DNA of 48,781 nucleotides, filler included, from Jimgerdemannia flammicorona (Eukaryota): assembly GCA_003990765.1 (NCBI GenBank). It is 2 parts of 2 records of this genome, joined end to end, with 100 filler letters (N's around TTAATTAATTAA, not from the genome) between each part and the next. Parts side by side here need not be neighbours in the genome. Positions count along the whole stretch, not along the records: positions 1 to 24,343 come from RBNJ01000986.1; 1 more part is not named here. The stretch is one strand, 5' to 3'. The translations under genes and the position numbers were made by a program. Under the pieces are notes generated by a model that saw nothing but the letters and a program-made list of their open reading frames with translations, had not been told where the DNA came from and searched no databases. The stretch's first letter is position 1. Every line of letters starts with the position of its first letter. This document shows positions 1-11,567 of the stretch, one piece after another.

Positions 1-1480
1 TTTTTACTACCCAAGCTCGTGCTGATATCTTGCTGCAGTGTTTGAACTTTGTGATTCGTGTCATTGTAGTTTGACTTTTGGCGCTCCTCGAGAGCAGACT
101 TCAGGCTGTTCTTCAGAGACTGTAGATATCGAACAAACACAAACATTAGCATATCGCAAAGAATCGCATTTTGTACTCCCTCATCCTGTGACCTTGGTCT
201 CCTGCACAAGGTTGGGAGATTCGGGATCCGACCAGGACACAATTCCAAAAACATTGTCAGAGTCCGAACCTTCATGGTCATCGTTACACCCAGCGAAGCT
301 TTCTTCTTTTGATTAGGGAAACTCTTGCGTCCAATCGATGTCCCAGCTCGTGCTGAGGGTGCGCCAAGATCTTTGCAGAAGATAATATAATATTTGATAA
401 TAATAAAACTCTTACCTTTCTAAATATATTATATATTTATAAAGAATATATCAAAGTTTAAGTAAAAGAACTATGAATTTTTGTAAATAAGAGAAGCTAA
501 TGTCCGATTAATATAGATAAGTATTTTGAAATATCCAACGAGTTATTTTAAATAGTAAGCTTTTTTTTTTTTTTTTTTTTATTCCATAAATAGTAAGCTA
601 TTAACACTTGGTCATATTGTATAATTTAATATCTGACTAATATAAGTTGAAATTCTAAAAGATAGTATCTATATAAAAACAGCTCTACTTATTCTAAAAC
701 TAGTAAAATTAAAAATCCTTTCTGAGGATATATTTTAATAAACTAATAAGCGTACTCCAAATTTATGATTAATCCATGGCTGGTCGCGGCTGGTACATCT
801 CGAATATAAATTACCAATATTCACTATTGTGGCCTGTAAAGCTCATGATTTTGCCCGCTTGTCCTGCCTTGACAGTAAATACTGGTACCCTCGGACTAGG
901 AGTCTCTGTGTCTGGTAGAGCCCACTAAGTCTTGCTCGACACTTTATGAATTTTCCTTCGGTGAATACGTGTCGCTATTTAAGTTTGTTTCGAAATTCAT
1001 AGATTCTTAAAGGTCGCTAATTTTTGTATGGCATCCTGGTCTTGTGGTATGTTGCTGGTGTTACCCCCCTCTATTGAAAATCCTCATTGTTTTCTTCCTT
1101 GATTTTTATGTCTTGGTGGTCTCCTTGTTGCTGATAGTTCCAGCACTTGATACAGAAATTTCTTTGGTCCATGTTATGGTTGCTCCGTATTGTTGCGCCT
1201 TCGTTTCTAGTCGCACCGATAATAATGAGGGCATGCCCTTGATAGGATGGGTTTTCTTCGATCCCATCACAGTGGTCTTGATTTCGAAGCAGTTGGTACC
1301 GAACGAACATTGCTTTTTTTCGAGACGCAAAATGTTGGGCTTGGTCACGTCGATCCTGAGCCAGAAGAATTCTTCGTCCGTTCCTCCGCACCGCGGCGTT
1401 CCTCGAGAACGTCTGAGAGTTCAGGGATGGACCTCCCTTTATCTGGCATGAATACAACCTTTGGTGTTCTATCTTGCCTC
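1..1480 (-). pseudogene. Possible decayed host gene or gene fragment, interrupted by an AT-rich block at about 380-770
   Basis: Minus-strand frames read as protein (SLKNSLKSALEERQKSNYNDTNHKVQTLQQDIST at 1-119; MTKPNILRLEKKQCSF at 1106-1348) with scattered TAA/TAG stops. An intron-like GT..GCTAAT..CTACAG lies at about 120-190. No recognisable domain. Confidence 0.25.
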
Positions 1481-1849
1481 GAGCTGGAACATACCATGGT
1501 TTAATGAAACCCTCGGGAGCGTTCTTCACGCCCCACAACAATAACGTAGTACAATGGGAAGGATACTTTGTTTGAAAATCGGGACTTATATAAGACAAAA
1601 GAACCTTTATGATCCTCATTCCAAGGAGATGTATCATAATCTCAAACCATGTACAAGAATGTATTGTGGCGAGAGAAAATACAAATGGAGGAGAGAAGGA
1701 GATAAATGTTTCTTTATCATATGCAGGCCAAAAAAAAATTATTGGTGATCACGTGACATTCCCCTTGTATTGGGCTTTGGATGGCTTGAGTCAGACTTCA
1801 ATAGACAGCATTGGCCATTGCTGATCAGTGCTATCACCAAAGACAAACT

Positions 1850-1929
1850 AGTGTCCTTTTGCAAAGATATGTAGTCTCATTAGATAAAGTCTAGTAAACT
1901 TATAGATATATTATATTAATATATAAAGT

Positions 1930-1963
<34 letters not shown>

Positions 1964-3100
1964 TTTTAAAGAGTATATATAAGAAAATATCAAGATATAT
2001 ATCTAGTATAGATAGCCTTTCAGAAAAGCTTAAAAAATATTTTACAAATTTTATTCATATTTTTATTTATTTTATTTTATTTTATTTTTTTATAGTTACT
2101 TAGATTTATTTATACCTTTATTATATATCTCTTATATATAATAGAAGATCTTTTTCTCTTTAAATTTCTTATTTATCTATTTATATATTTTTAATATAAA
2201 GTAAATATATTTTTTTATATTTCTCAATCTTTAATATTAGTCTTTTTTAAACTATATATATCAGATTTTTTAATTTTATTTTTATTTTCTTATAAATATT
2301 ATATATATTATTATTTAAGTAAACTATAATGATATTAAAGAAATTATAATTAAAAGAATATAGTTATTTTTAACAGATAGTTGTAGTTTATAAAAATTAA
2401 AAGAGATATTAGTTTGATAATTTATAAAAAAAAAAAAATATAGATAGTAAAATATGAAGTATTTTCTTTATAATTAATTTTTAATATTAAAATTTTATAA
2501 CTGAATCTTTTTTTAGTTTTATTTAAAAAGTTGTTTAGTAAAAGAAATACTATTAACATTACTATAAGTATATTTATTATATATATATATATTTGAGTAG
2601 AGTAATATTATAACAGTTGATCTAAATTAGAAATAATAATTAGAGAATAGATATTTGATTATATATAGTATCTAAATCTAATTCTCAATATAGTATAGTA
2701 TTATATGTAGTTTAGCAGTCACTCAATCTCTCAGTTATATAATTTATATAATTATATAAAAAGTATAGCTATGTGAATCTCTCAGATATAATGATCTCTC
2801 ATCTGTATAAATTTTATAAATATACTAATCTCTTAACTATCCCTTAGACTATAGATAAGATCATCTTTTAAATTCATTTAGCAGACAAATTAAGATTTGA
2901 AAAAAATGATTTTTTGAAATATTGTTTTTCTGTTATATCTCAATTTGTTTAAAAAAAAAATTTTTTTTTTTATAAAATTTTTATCAAAGATAGAATTATT
3001 ATATAAAAAATTATTGGTAATTTTTTTTTAAAAGCTATTATGATTTTAAAAGTTATAAACTTTTTAAATCTTACCTCTAAATATAGATGCAAAACAGTCA
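1850..3100. repeat. Extremely AT-rich, CpG-free degenerate repeat relic
   Basis: TA-rich, almost no CG dinucleotides, (TA)n and poly-A/T runs, no ORFs. Confidence 0.6.
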
Positions 3101-3671
3101 AAGAAATAAGAAATGACTTATAGAAAAAGAAGTCTTAACTTAGCTATTATATAATTAGTAAACTTATAAAATATCTCTAATATCTTAAGTAAATAAATCT
3201 CAGATTAAAATAGTTTAAGTAAAGAGATAAGAAACTAGTAAGTCTGTAGGTAAATATACTTTAGACTCAACTATCTGAGGACTCTGAGAAGTTAAAGAAG
3301 ATCAAGTATTTAAGATAAAAAAAATCTACTATACATACTTCTACTAATATATATCTACTACATTATAACTTAGTGCTCATTGGCTGGTAATTTAAGATAA
3401 ATATCTTACTTTTAAGCTGAATAACAAACAACTACTATCACTCAAATATATACTCAAATTGAACCAGAAAATTTAGACAAGATAGATATAAGACTACTAG
3501 TATTTCATAGATATATATATCTCTGATGAATCAATCATTATCTTCCTTGATAATTTCAAACAATATACTACTATAAAAACTCTATTAGTATAACAATAAG
3601 TAGCTCTAATGCTATTCAGTCTCTGAGAACTAGCAAGAATTACATTTATAGTAGTAACTCATACTGGAAAT
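3100..3671 (+). mobile_element. 5' (gag-proximal) part of degenerate Ty3/gypsy relic A, left of the insertion
   Basis: Same CpG-free, A-rich composition as 12852 onward. Joining the two flanks gives a seamless ...GGAAATGATAATA with AT (or AATG) duplicated. The start coordinate is approximate. Confidence 0.5.
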
Positions 3672-3713
3672 GTAGCTTTCCTTCCAGGCAGGCTACGCAG
3701 TTATCTGGTTCCA
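3672..3713 (+). repeat. 42-bp terminal direct repeat, left copy
   Basis: GTAGCTTTCCTTCCAGGCAGGCTACGCAGTTATCTGGTTCCA, identical to 12810-12851. Confidence 0.97.
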
Positions 3714-4206
3714 TCTGGTCTCTGTTCCTTTTGGCTGTTACGACCATTTCCACCGATCCTTCTTGTTCGTTCCGGAAGTAGAGGGACTTGTCTCCCCGGA
3801 TCACCATTATTTCTTTTGGCCTTAGGTTGTCCATTACGGCCTTGGCTCCGAAGATGAGCGGTTTCGGAAGGACGTCCGGGATCCTTTCTTCTTCCTGTAG
3901 TATTGGGATTCCTCCGTTTACTACTACCCTGGGTTGTTGAAGGGTTTTTCGAACGGCGCTTGTTGCTTTATGCTCCATTGTGTGACTGCGTGTTGAGAAA
4001 TCGTGGTGGATATTGATGTTACCGAAGCGGGCGGTGAGCATATTTATATTCGTTGTTGTGGACCACGTGTTTGTCTGGTGATCCTTCTTCCACATTGAGT
4101 CTTGTATTTCGTCGATTTCCCTTATCAGGTCCGTTACACTGCCGATCGTTTCCTGGTTTTGGAGTTCTTCGCCGATCTCTGCTTCGATCGCGGTTATTTC
4201 TTTCAT
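3672..4206 (-). CDS. N-terminal part of element ORF2 (164 aa plus MEPDNCVACLEGKL), cut by the linearisation point
   Basis: ORF 3646..4206 ends ...RDQMEPDNCVACLEGKL and then runs into flank sequence. The same peptide starts ORF 11563..12852. Its ATG lies 7 nt after the pol-frame TGA at 4214-4216. Confidence 0.85.
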
Positions 4207-4213
4207 GGCAATT

Positions 4214-6760
4214 TCATTTCTCTTTGGCTCCTTCCTTGGCTGCCCGGAAGAAAGTATTCCACCATATTTCTGTTTCCACTTGGTCTACGGCTCCTTTCCA
4301 TGGATTCTCTGGTTGGTGGTTTTCTTTGTCGCTGTCCGATTCTTCGTTATGGACTTGTCCTTTGAATTGCTTCTGGACGCCTTCTCGTCCGTATTATTCT
4401 TCAGACATGAACGTTATCGATGTGTTTGGTGTCCACGTAGGATCTTCTTCCTGTTGTGGGTACCAGGCGGGTTCGTTCCTTGAGCTACTTGGAATCGTTG
4501 TTTCCCATCTTTGAACGTCTTGCTGCCATTCTTGTAGTGGGTTTTTGTTCCTTGATCCTTCCCATGGTCTGGGTTCTTCATTCCAGCTATTTACCATAGC
4601 TTCCTTCTTTTCTTCCCATTCTTGCCATTCTTTTGGTCCGCGGCCGTCTTTGATCGGTTTCTTTCCGTAGGGTTTTGGCCATTTTGGGAGGGTTTGTTTT
4701 TCGTAACCTCCTCTTCTTGCTATCGCTTCTTGCTGCTTGTGCTCGCTTCCTATCTGGAGGAATTCTTTCGAGGTTCCTTGTTCTTCGCAGAGCTTATTCC
4801 GCATTTTTTCGAATGGGGAATTATCTGATCGCCAGTGCGTTCCGATGTGGTGTCGCTCTTTTTCTCCACCTTTTTGTTTGCTCATTTCTTCGTTCTTCTG
4901 GCGGCGCCATTCTTGATGAGCTTCGAGGGCTTCGAATTCTCGGTTTCTTTCGGCGATTCTTTCCCTGGCCTCTTGCACTTCTTTTGGCGTCGGCGGGTAA
5001 TATGTATCGCTATCTTGGTCCGAGTCGTATTCGTTGGCTGGCCAGAGGAGTTCTTGTTGCTGGTTATCCATGCTGATGATGTTGATACTGACTTCTTGTG
5101 TTAGCTCGTTGTCCTTTATATCTTTTGGAAAGGGATCAGGTCTCCCCCCCAGGGCAACAGCCCCAGCGCGTGATAGGTAGTCTGAGAATCCGTTCTCAGA
5201 TCCCTTAATCCATTTGAACGACACATTAAGTCCTTGTAGGAAGAAGATCATCCTTCTTTCTGCCCCTGTTGGTGGTTCCGTGGAGGCCTTGCTTAGGTAT
5301 GTGTCTGGATTTGTTACCTTTGTAAGCGCTTGGTTGTCAGTGTAGATTATAACCTCCTGATTGGTCATCCAGGGGTTGGTCACCAGTGCATAATATACGG
5401 CGTATAGCTCCGCCTTTTGTTGGTTGAACAGTTCTGGCTGTTCTTTTGCCCTTTTGAACTGAACCAATTTTGGTAGGTTTCGGCTTCCTAGTCCGAGTAG
5501 TCTTGGTGGTGTGGTGGCTTGGTAGATTATCCATCCTACGCCATACGGGGATGCATCCGTATTGACTCGTATTGGTTCTCCTTTTTCCTGTAGCTCCAGT
5601 GTTGCGTGGTTGACGAGGGCTCGTTTGATCTTTTCGAAGGCTACGCATTGTTCATTTTTCCAAAGCTCTTCCAGCTTTCCTTTCTTGTTGACGATGTTAT
5701 TCTTGCATTCCATTAGTGGCGCGATTGTCTTCGTATAGTTCGGGATATAGTGGGCGAAATATCCGAATTTTCCGATGATGGCTTGAAGGTCTTCCACCTT
5801 GGCTGGTTTCGGTAGTCCTAGTAGCGACTGGACCCTTCCTGGGTCAATGTGGATGCCCTGCGTTGTCACCCTGGATCCCAGCAGTGATATTTCCTTCTGT
5901 CTTAGTGCCATTTTCTTTGGTGCGAGCTTGATGCAATGTTTTCGACATATTTTGAGGAATTCTTCCAGTGAGTAGTCGTGTTGTTGAACGGTTTTTCCGC
6001 CTCCTGCGGTGTCGTCAATGTACGATGGTGCTATCAGTTTCTTCAGCACCAACGGCTCGAATGCGTACTTCATGAATCCTTGCCATGCCCGAGGTGCGTT
6101 GTGGATGCCAAACAACATTCTCGAGGGTCTTAAGTATCTTCCGTTAAATGTCCTAACTACAAGAAGGTTCGCATGATGTGGTTCGACTGCGATATGGTGG
6201 AACGCCTTGGTCACATCTGCTTGCCAAATGTACCCTCCTTGTGAAATCTCCAAGAGTGCTTTTTGAACTTCTTGGCTTGTAGGCATTTCAAACGGTATAA
6301 GCTCCGTGCTTTGGTTGTATCCTCGATAGTCGATCACCCATCGGGGCTTGGCTTCTTTTTCCTGAGTTTCCCCTGTGGTTAACTCATCGTGCCCGCTGAA
6401 TACTAGGAACTCCTGTGCGGCCGCGAATGATTGCTGTACTTCTTCGAACCACCCGGCTTTGATCATTTCGTCATGTTCTAGTATTCTTGCTTTATAGTGT
6501 TCTTCGTGTTGCGGATTTCTTTGTGGTAACCTACCCGGGCAGTGGTAGGGTTTTCCGCCGATCTTCAGTCTTGCGATATAGGGGGGCGTTGTCGTGATGG
6601 TTTGGATGTCTTTGATGTCGTTTGCAAATACGTCCTTGTACTGGCATAGTATCTTTTCTAATTGTTTGTCTGGTGGCTTCTTTGCGAACTTGCTTAGGAA
6701 CATTTCGTCGCTCATTTGTTCGCATGATGAGCGACTTACTGAAAACTCGGCTTGAACGTC
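4214..6760 (-). CDS. pol: Reverse transcriptase-RNase H (Ty3/gypsy-caulimovirid type) with a charged C-terminal extension and no integrase
   Basis: RT motifs RWVIDYRGYN, DVTKAFHHI, MLFGIHNAP, YIDD (6011-6022), LLG. RNase H motifs TDAS, ELYAV, TDNQAL, ENGFSDYLSR. A TAA at 4394-4396 is followed by about 59 more sense codons to TGA 4214. No HHCC or DDE motif. Confidence 0.93.
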
Positions 6761-8300
6761 AGGTGCTGGTACAGGCCGGGTTCCCTGCTGGGGATTTGTT
6801 CCCAGTTTCTTCGATATTGTTCCTTGTCTTTCTCCACTGTGGTTTCCTTCGTGGGGTATTCGGTTCGTAGGGTCGCTTCTCGTTCTTGTGCGACTTGGTC
6901 TCCTACTTCTTCCACCTCAAACTTTGACTTGCTTTGTCGGTGCCATGGTTTGGCCTCCGGGGCGCGGAACTTGATTCCTGTTCGCCCTTTTTCTGGGGTT
7001 ATTACTTCCAGGCGGTTTTCGACGAAGTCAATGCTTCCGATGATTACTAGTGCCATTTTGTTGCTTCGGTCAACTTCTCCGTTGTTGAGTCTGAGCTTCC
7101 ATCCTTCAATCCCTTTTAGCGCAATCTTCTTCCAGCTGGCTCCTGTTAGTGCTGTTCCGACGGTTGTTTTGCTAGCAGCTAGGTTTATGGTTATCAGGCA
7201 GTTCTGTCCTGAACCATCTTGCTTGCGCAGTCTTCCGTCCCAGTACAATCCTTCTTTGTCTGGGTTGCCGTGTGCCATAGCCACTTGTCCCCATGGGTTG
7301 TTTCCTCGTAACGCTATGTTTCGTGGTGTGGCTGGTAGTGGAGGTGCAGCACGTTGGTAACTTGCTGGTAATTGTGTCTGTCTTCCTGCAGACGTCTGGG
7401 CCTTCCTGCGGGTTTCTACCGGCTGAAGGTCTTGCTCCTCTTCTAACGGTTGTACTTCGACTGGGATATTCCAGCATCCCTTGTCGTTGTCGTGCTCCCA
7501 ATATTCTCCTATTGGGGTAAGAGAGAGCTGTTCTCCTAGGTTCTGGCATTGGTATCCTGCCTTGGGCCTGGGAGAGGTCCTGTAATCGTGTTCCTTTCCC
7601 TTGTGTTCTTGAATTTTTGCTCTATCTTCTGCGAAGTTTGCCGGGATTTCAACTCCCTTTCGTAGGATTTTTCTTTCGCTGTAGAGGATGTCCCACCCGT
7701 TTTCTTGTAGGAATCTGTTGCCTAGTAGGAACGATGCGCTTCCTGCTCCTTTTAGTACTGTTAAGTTTATCTGGTAGTTCTGTTCCCCTACCTTAAATTT
7801 AACTTGGTGGATTCTTCCTACTACTCCTATCGGGGTTCCTCCAGCTCCTAGGAATCTTCTGTATTCTGGCTTTAGCTGATCCTTGAGTTGTAATCTCTCC
7901 AGGATTTCTTCGCTTATCACATTTTCATCGGCGGCGGTGTCGACTTTGGCTCTGAATACTTCCTGGTTTCGCTTAAGGGTCACCCATATTTGACCTATGG
8001 GGCCTGTTGCTGTGCGTTTTCCCAGTAGGTCGATCTCCGGTGCTTGCTCGATGACTTCAAGGTAGTTGTCTGATTGGTATTCCCAATCTTCGTCGCTTGA
8101 AGGTTCGTTTATCTCGTGGATTTCTTCACCTAGACGTTCTTCTTCTCCTTCGCTGTCGACTTCGATTTCATATGTTCTTTTTCCTACGCGTTTTGTTCTT
8201 CCTGTCCTGAAGAACCTTCGCTTTCTTCCGAAGGAGACCTTTCGTGTACCTTTCTTGTGGAACGGTTTATCTTCCTGAGGGTCGTCCACGTCCATTGGTC
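6736..8300 (-). CDS. Gag C-terminus, retropepsin-like aspartic protease and spacer domain
   Basis: PMDVD motif, an R/K-rich tract, AKVDTAADENVIS (DTA at 7933-7941), flap GAGG and FLLGNRFL, all in ORF 6736..8550. Confidence 0.85.
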
Positions 8301-9286
8301 TTCGTCCTCCTTTATCTCGCCAAATGCTTCCACCGGCATTTCTTGTACTTCTTCTGCTGCTGGTCCGGATTTTTGGTATCTTGTTCTGGCCCAGTAGCTT
8401 CTGTTGTAATTCGTTCGGATGGTACCTTCTTGTACTGCTGCAACGAATTTTCCTTTGAAGATGTTTAAGCAGACATCTAGAACTTGTGCTGCTGTTGTTG
8501 CTGGTGTTGTTGTGAGCATTTGGTTTTGTCGGTAATGATATGGTAACCATTCCGGCATTTTTCCTAAGATAAACTTTTCTTGCGTTGTAAAGGTGTCTTT
8601 TGTTAAGTCCGCGATCCTCATTCGAAGCTCCAGTTGCGTGTTGAAATGCTGCATCTCGTGGATGCTTTGTGCGTTGGACCTTGGGAAGTTATAGAGTTCT
8701 TCCCTTATGATTGTGATTTGTTCTGCTCCGAAGAACTTCTCGTATATTAGGAGTCTTAGTCCTTTTCGTGTTCCTACGGCGTCTGTGTAGGTCATCCAGC
8801 TTAATGGTTTTTCGTGGTCTGCCATATTTTTGCTGAGAACGTCGTTTACGAGCCATGCTCTTGGAACCTGGAACCGACCGCTGCTACTAGTCTGTAGCTG
8901 TATGATTTTGCTGGGTCGTCTTTGTTTTTCGGATCTGCCCAGTATCCGACTAGGTATCCTGCAGCTAGGTATGCGAGGTCCACTTGTCCCACAAATGCTG
9001 GGACTTCCATTGGATTTCCGGTGAACGGTTTTATGTTGTCGAAGATTTTTATGCTTCCCGGAAGCGTCATGTTGACTGGTCCTTCGATGTCTACCGGTGT
9101 GTCGTCTGGTGGTGGTTCATGCGGAGGATGTTGTGGGTTCTTTTTATGATCATCCTCATCCTCGAAGTTCGAGAATATTGCTCCTGCAATCTTCTCCTTT
9201 TGCTGCTGGTTTAGTGCCGCCCATGAGCTTTTGTTGACATTTGGTAGGAATGCTCCTACGAAGTTTATGGAATCTCGGGGCGTCAT
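8184..9286 (-). CDS. gag: Retrotransposon-type capsid (Gag) domain, split by a frame break near 8860
   Basis: IKPFTGNPMEVPAFVGQVD (ORF 8846..9391) continues in the -1 frame as RAWLVN...LIYEKFFG...REELYNF...SIHEMQHFNTQL...KFILGKMP (ORF 8184..8825). This matches the general Ty3-type capsid pattern. Confidence 0.7.
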
Positions 9287-11185
9287 GTTTGTAGTCGTTG
9301 TAGAATTGTTGTGATGGGTTGTACTGTGGTGTTGGTCTCGACTGTCTCCTTCTTCTGATGCCGAAGGCAATGTCGTACATGCTCCATCCATACTGTTGAG
9401 CCCAATCGCTTCCTGGTAGGTCTCCTGTTTCCCAGTCGTTTGGGAAGTTTGGAATTCCTCCTATTCCATGGTCCTTCTGATAACAGGACATTGTGGCGAT
9501 TATGATGTCCAGAATCCTCATGTACATGTCGTCTCTTGGGTAGTTTTTTCCACCATTTGGTGAGTCTACTGAGTCTGAGGCTTGCCATGATAGGGATGCT
9601 TGGAGAAATGTTACTGTTTCTCCTCCGTTGTCGGGGTCATCCCATTGCCATTGGATTCTGGGTTCCTGCCTTCTCGGACTTGGAGATCTTAGTCTTGTGT
9701 TTCGGTTGTTTGGTGGTCTTGGGGGTTCTCCTCCAGCTCCTACTGCCGTTCTTCTTGGTTGTGGTGGTGTTGTTCTGGTCAACCTTGCTAGGATCCTTTC
9801 AGCTTCGCTTGCCGTGTCTCTTGTCCCTTCAACTCTTCTGAGCAGTTCTTCATTTTCTAGTCTCGCTCTTTCTCTGCTTGCTTGGAGTTGTTGCGCGGCG
9901 TTATTATCCAGTCTTTGCCTGACTCTTCCTACTGGAAGTGCGTTTCTTTGTGTTTCTTCCGTTACTGGTGCAAACGGGTTTGGCTGAATCCGCGATGCTC
10001 TGGGTGTTTCTTGCATTATTTCTTCCCATGGATTTGCCTGTCGGTTTGTTACTGTTGCAACATTCGTTCTCAGTGGTTGCCTTCTGGTTTCTTCCAGTGC
10101 TGATCTAATTTGTTGCGCTGTTCTGGCAATTATTCCAGGGTTTGCCGCTTTTCTTTGCCCTAATCTTGCTGTTGCTGCGATTATATCTTCCGCCGTTGTT
10201 ATTCTGTTTCTCCCTATTTCCTGCAGTTCTTCTACTGCTTGGGAGTTTGGTGAGAGCATTCTTGGTATAGCTGTCACCGTGGATGATCCTGATTCTTGTG
10301 GTCTGGGCCCGGCGGGAGGTTGTATTTTGAAGTAGATTTCTGGTACTTCTTCTGCTCCAGTCCATTCGCCGTTTGTTTTCTTTAGCCATGCTGTCAGTCT
10401 GTTTGCTTGTGATATTCTTTCCTTTGGCCAGTCGAATTTTCCGAGTATGTATTCGAAAATTTTTATCTGTAGGGAGGTCGCTGATCCTCCTCCGGCTGCC
10501 GATATTGCGTGTATTATTCTTAACGGTATCTCCTTGAAGTGCCCTCCTAGTTGGTTTGCTACGAAGATGGCGTAGTCATATTTGATGGGCGGCCTTCTTT
10601 TGACTATTGTTTTCACCTTTGCATATCCTTCCGAGAGGAAGTCTGATACTTCTTCGGGGATATCTTCGAACTTGTTGTTTCCTTCTTCGAAGGACTTTCT
10701 CCAGAACGACGTCCATCTTGATGTTCCGACCATGTGTCTGGTCCTAAGCGTGGTCTCGCTTGGGGCATCTACCGTTTCTCCATCTGACTGATGTGTTGGT
10801 ATTGGTTCTCCATGGATCGTGTCTTCTGCTTCTTGTAGTCGGGTTCTTGTAAGCTCCGGCTCTGGTGGTTCCATTGGGCTGACTGGTTCTGAGGTATTAA
10901 ACCAGTCTTCCATCTCCGGTTGCTGGTATGTTGCTACCTCGATCCTTGGCCTTCTTCCCGAGTGGGTGGTCATACTTTCTGACCTCTTTGAACGTTGGGA
11001 GCGTTCTTCTCGGCTGCTTCGGCGGCTTCTGACTTCTTCCTCAAGCTCTTGGATCCGAGCTTGTTGTTGGCGGACTAGGCGTTCCATCCGCTGGTCGGTA
11101 TTTCGTCCGTCCTGCTGACGGGTTCAGGGCTGGCATTGGTTTCGTCATTAACAATGCTTTGGATGATTCTTCCAACTTGCGACAT
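9156..11185 (-). CDS. Large N-terminal ORF of the element, function unknown (coiled coils, R/P/Q-rich)
   Basis: 643-aa ORF 9156..11087. A likely true start ATG at 11185 (AAAAATG, MSQVGRIIQS) is in another frame and overlaps it. Confidence 0.7.
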
Positions 11186-11278
11186 TTTTCTTTTACTTGT
11201 TGAGTAAACCTTTGATCCTCCGGACCGATTCAATTCAGTATCTAGCGGCTAGGCCAGGGGTAAGTCTTATGCTTCCAC

Positions 11279-11567
11279 TGAAAATTGACTCTTGAAGTCT
11301 CGAGGCTAAGCTTTAAGTACACCGGTCAACGTGTGCGCGAAGCAGCTGCGTAGGTAGTGTAGCGTAAAAGCTATTGTGGGGTTTATTGGGTTTGTAAAAG
11401 GGTGTGGAATTCGAGTTCCAATACACCTGTATTTATACATTTGTTTCGACCTCTTGGTCCTGACTATTTGCAAGAGATATTGACAAATTTCGTCGATTCC
11501 TTCTTTGCAGCACATTTTGCCTTGTGACTTTCTTTTCGCCTAGTTATTCGGCGAAATGACCGTCACA
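11279..11567 (-). promoter_or_regulatory. Single LTR-like control region (U3-R-U5-like)
   Basis: On the minus strand, in order: purine tract GGGGAAGTGGGGAA (11585-11572), TGTGAC (11567), TATAAATA (11437-11430), hairpin GGTGT-ATT-GGAA..TTCC-ACACC (11427-11401), AATAAA (11387-11382), ...TTTTCA (11279), then G-TGG (candidate PBS, 11277). It is the only long non-coding stretch of the element. Confidence 0.7.

Noticed and set aside
8862..8875. 7-bp tandem duplication TGGAACC as the cause of the gag frameshift
   Set aside because: Removing 7 nt leads to the wrong frame. The join needs a net +1 nt.
11190..11400. Tf1-like self-priming via CTTTTAC/GTAAAAG complementarity
   Set aside because: Only 7 bp, not adjacent to the putative U5 end, and expected by chance.
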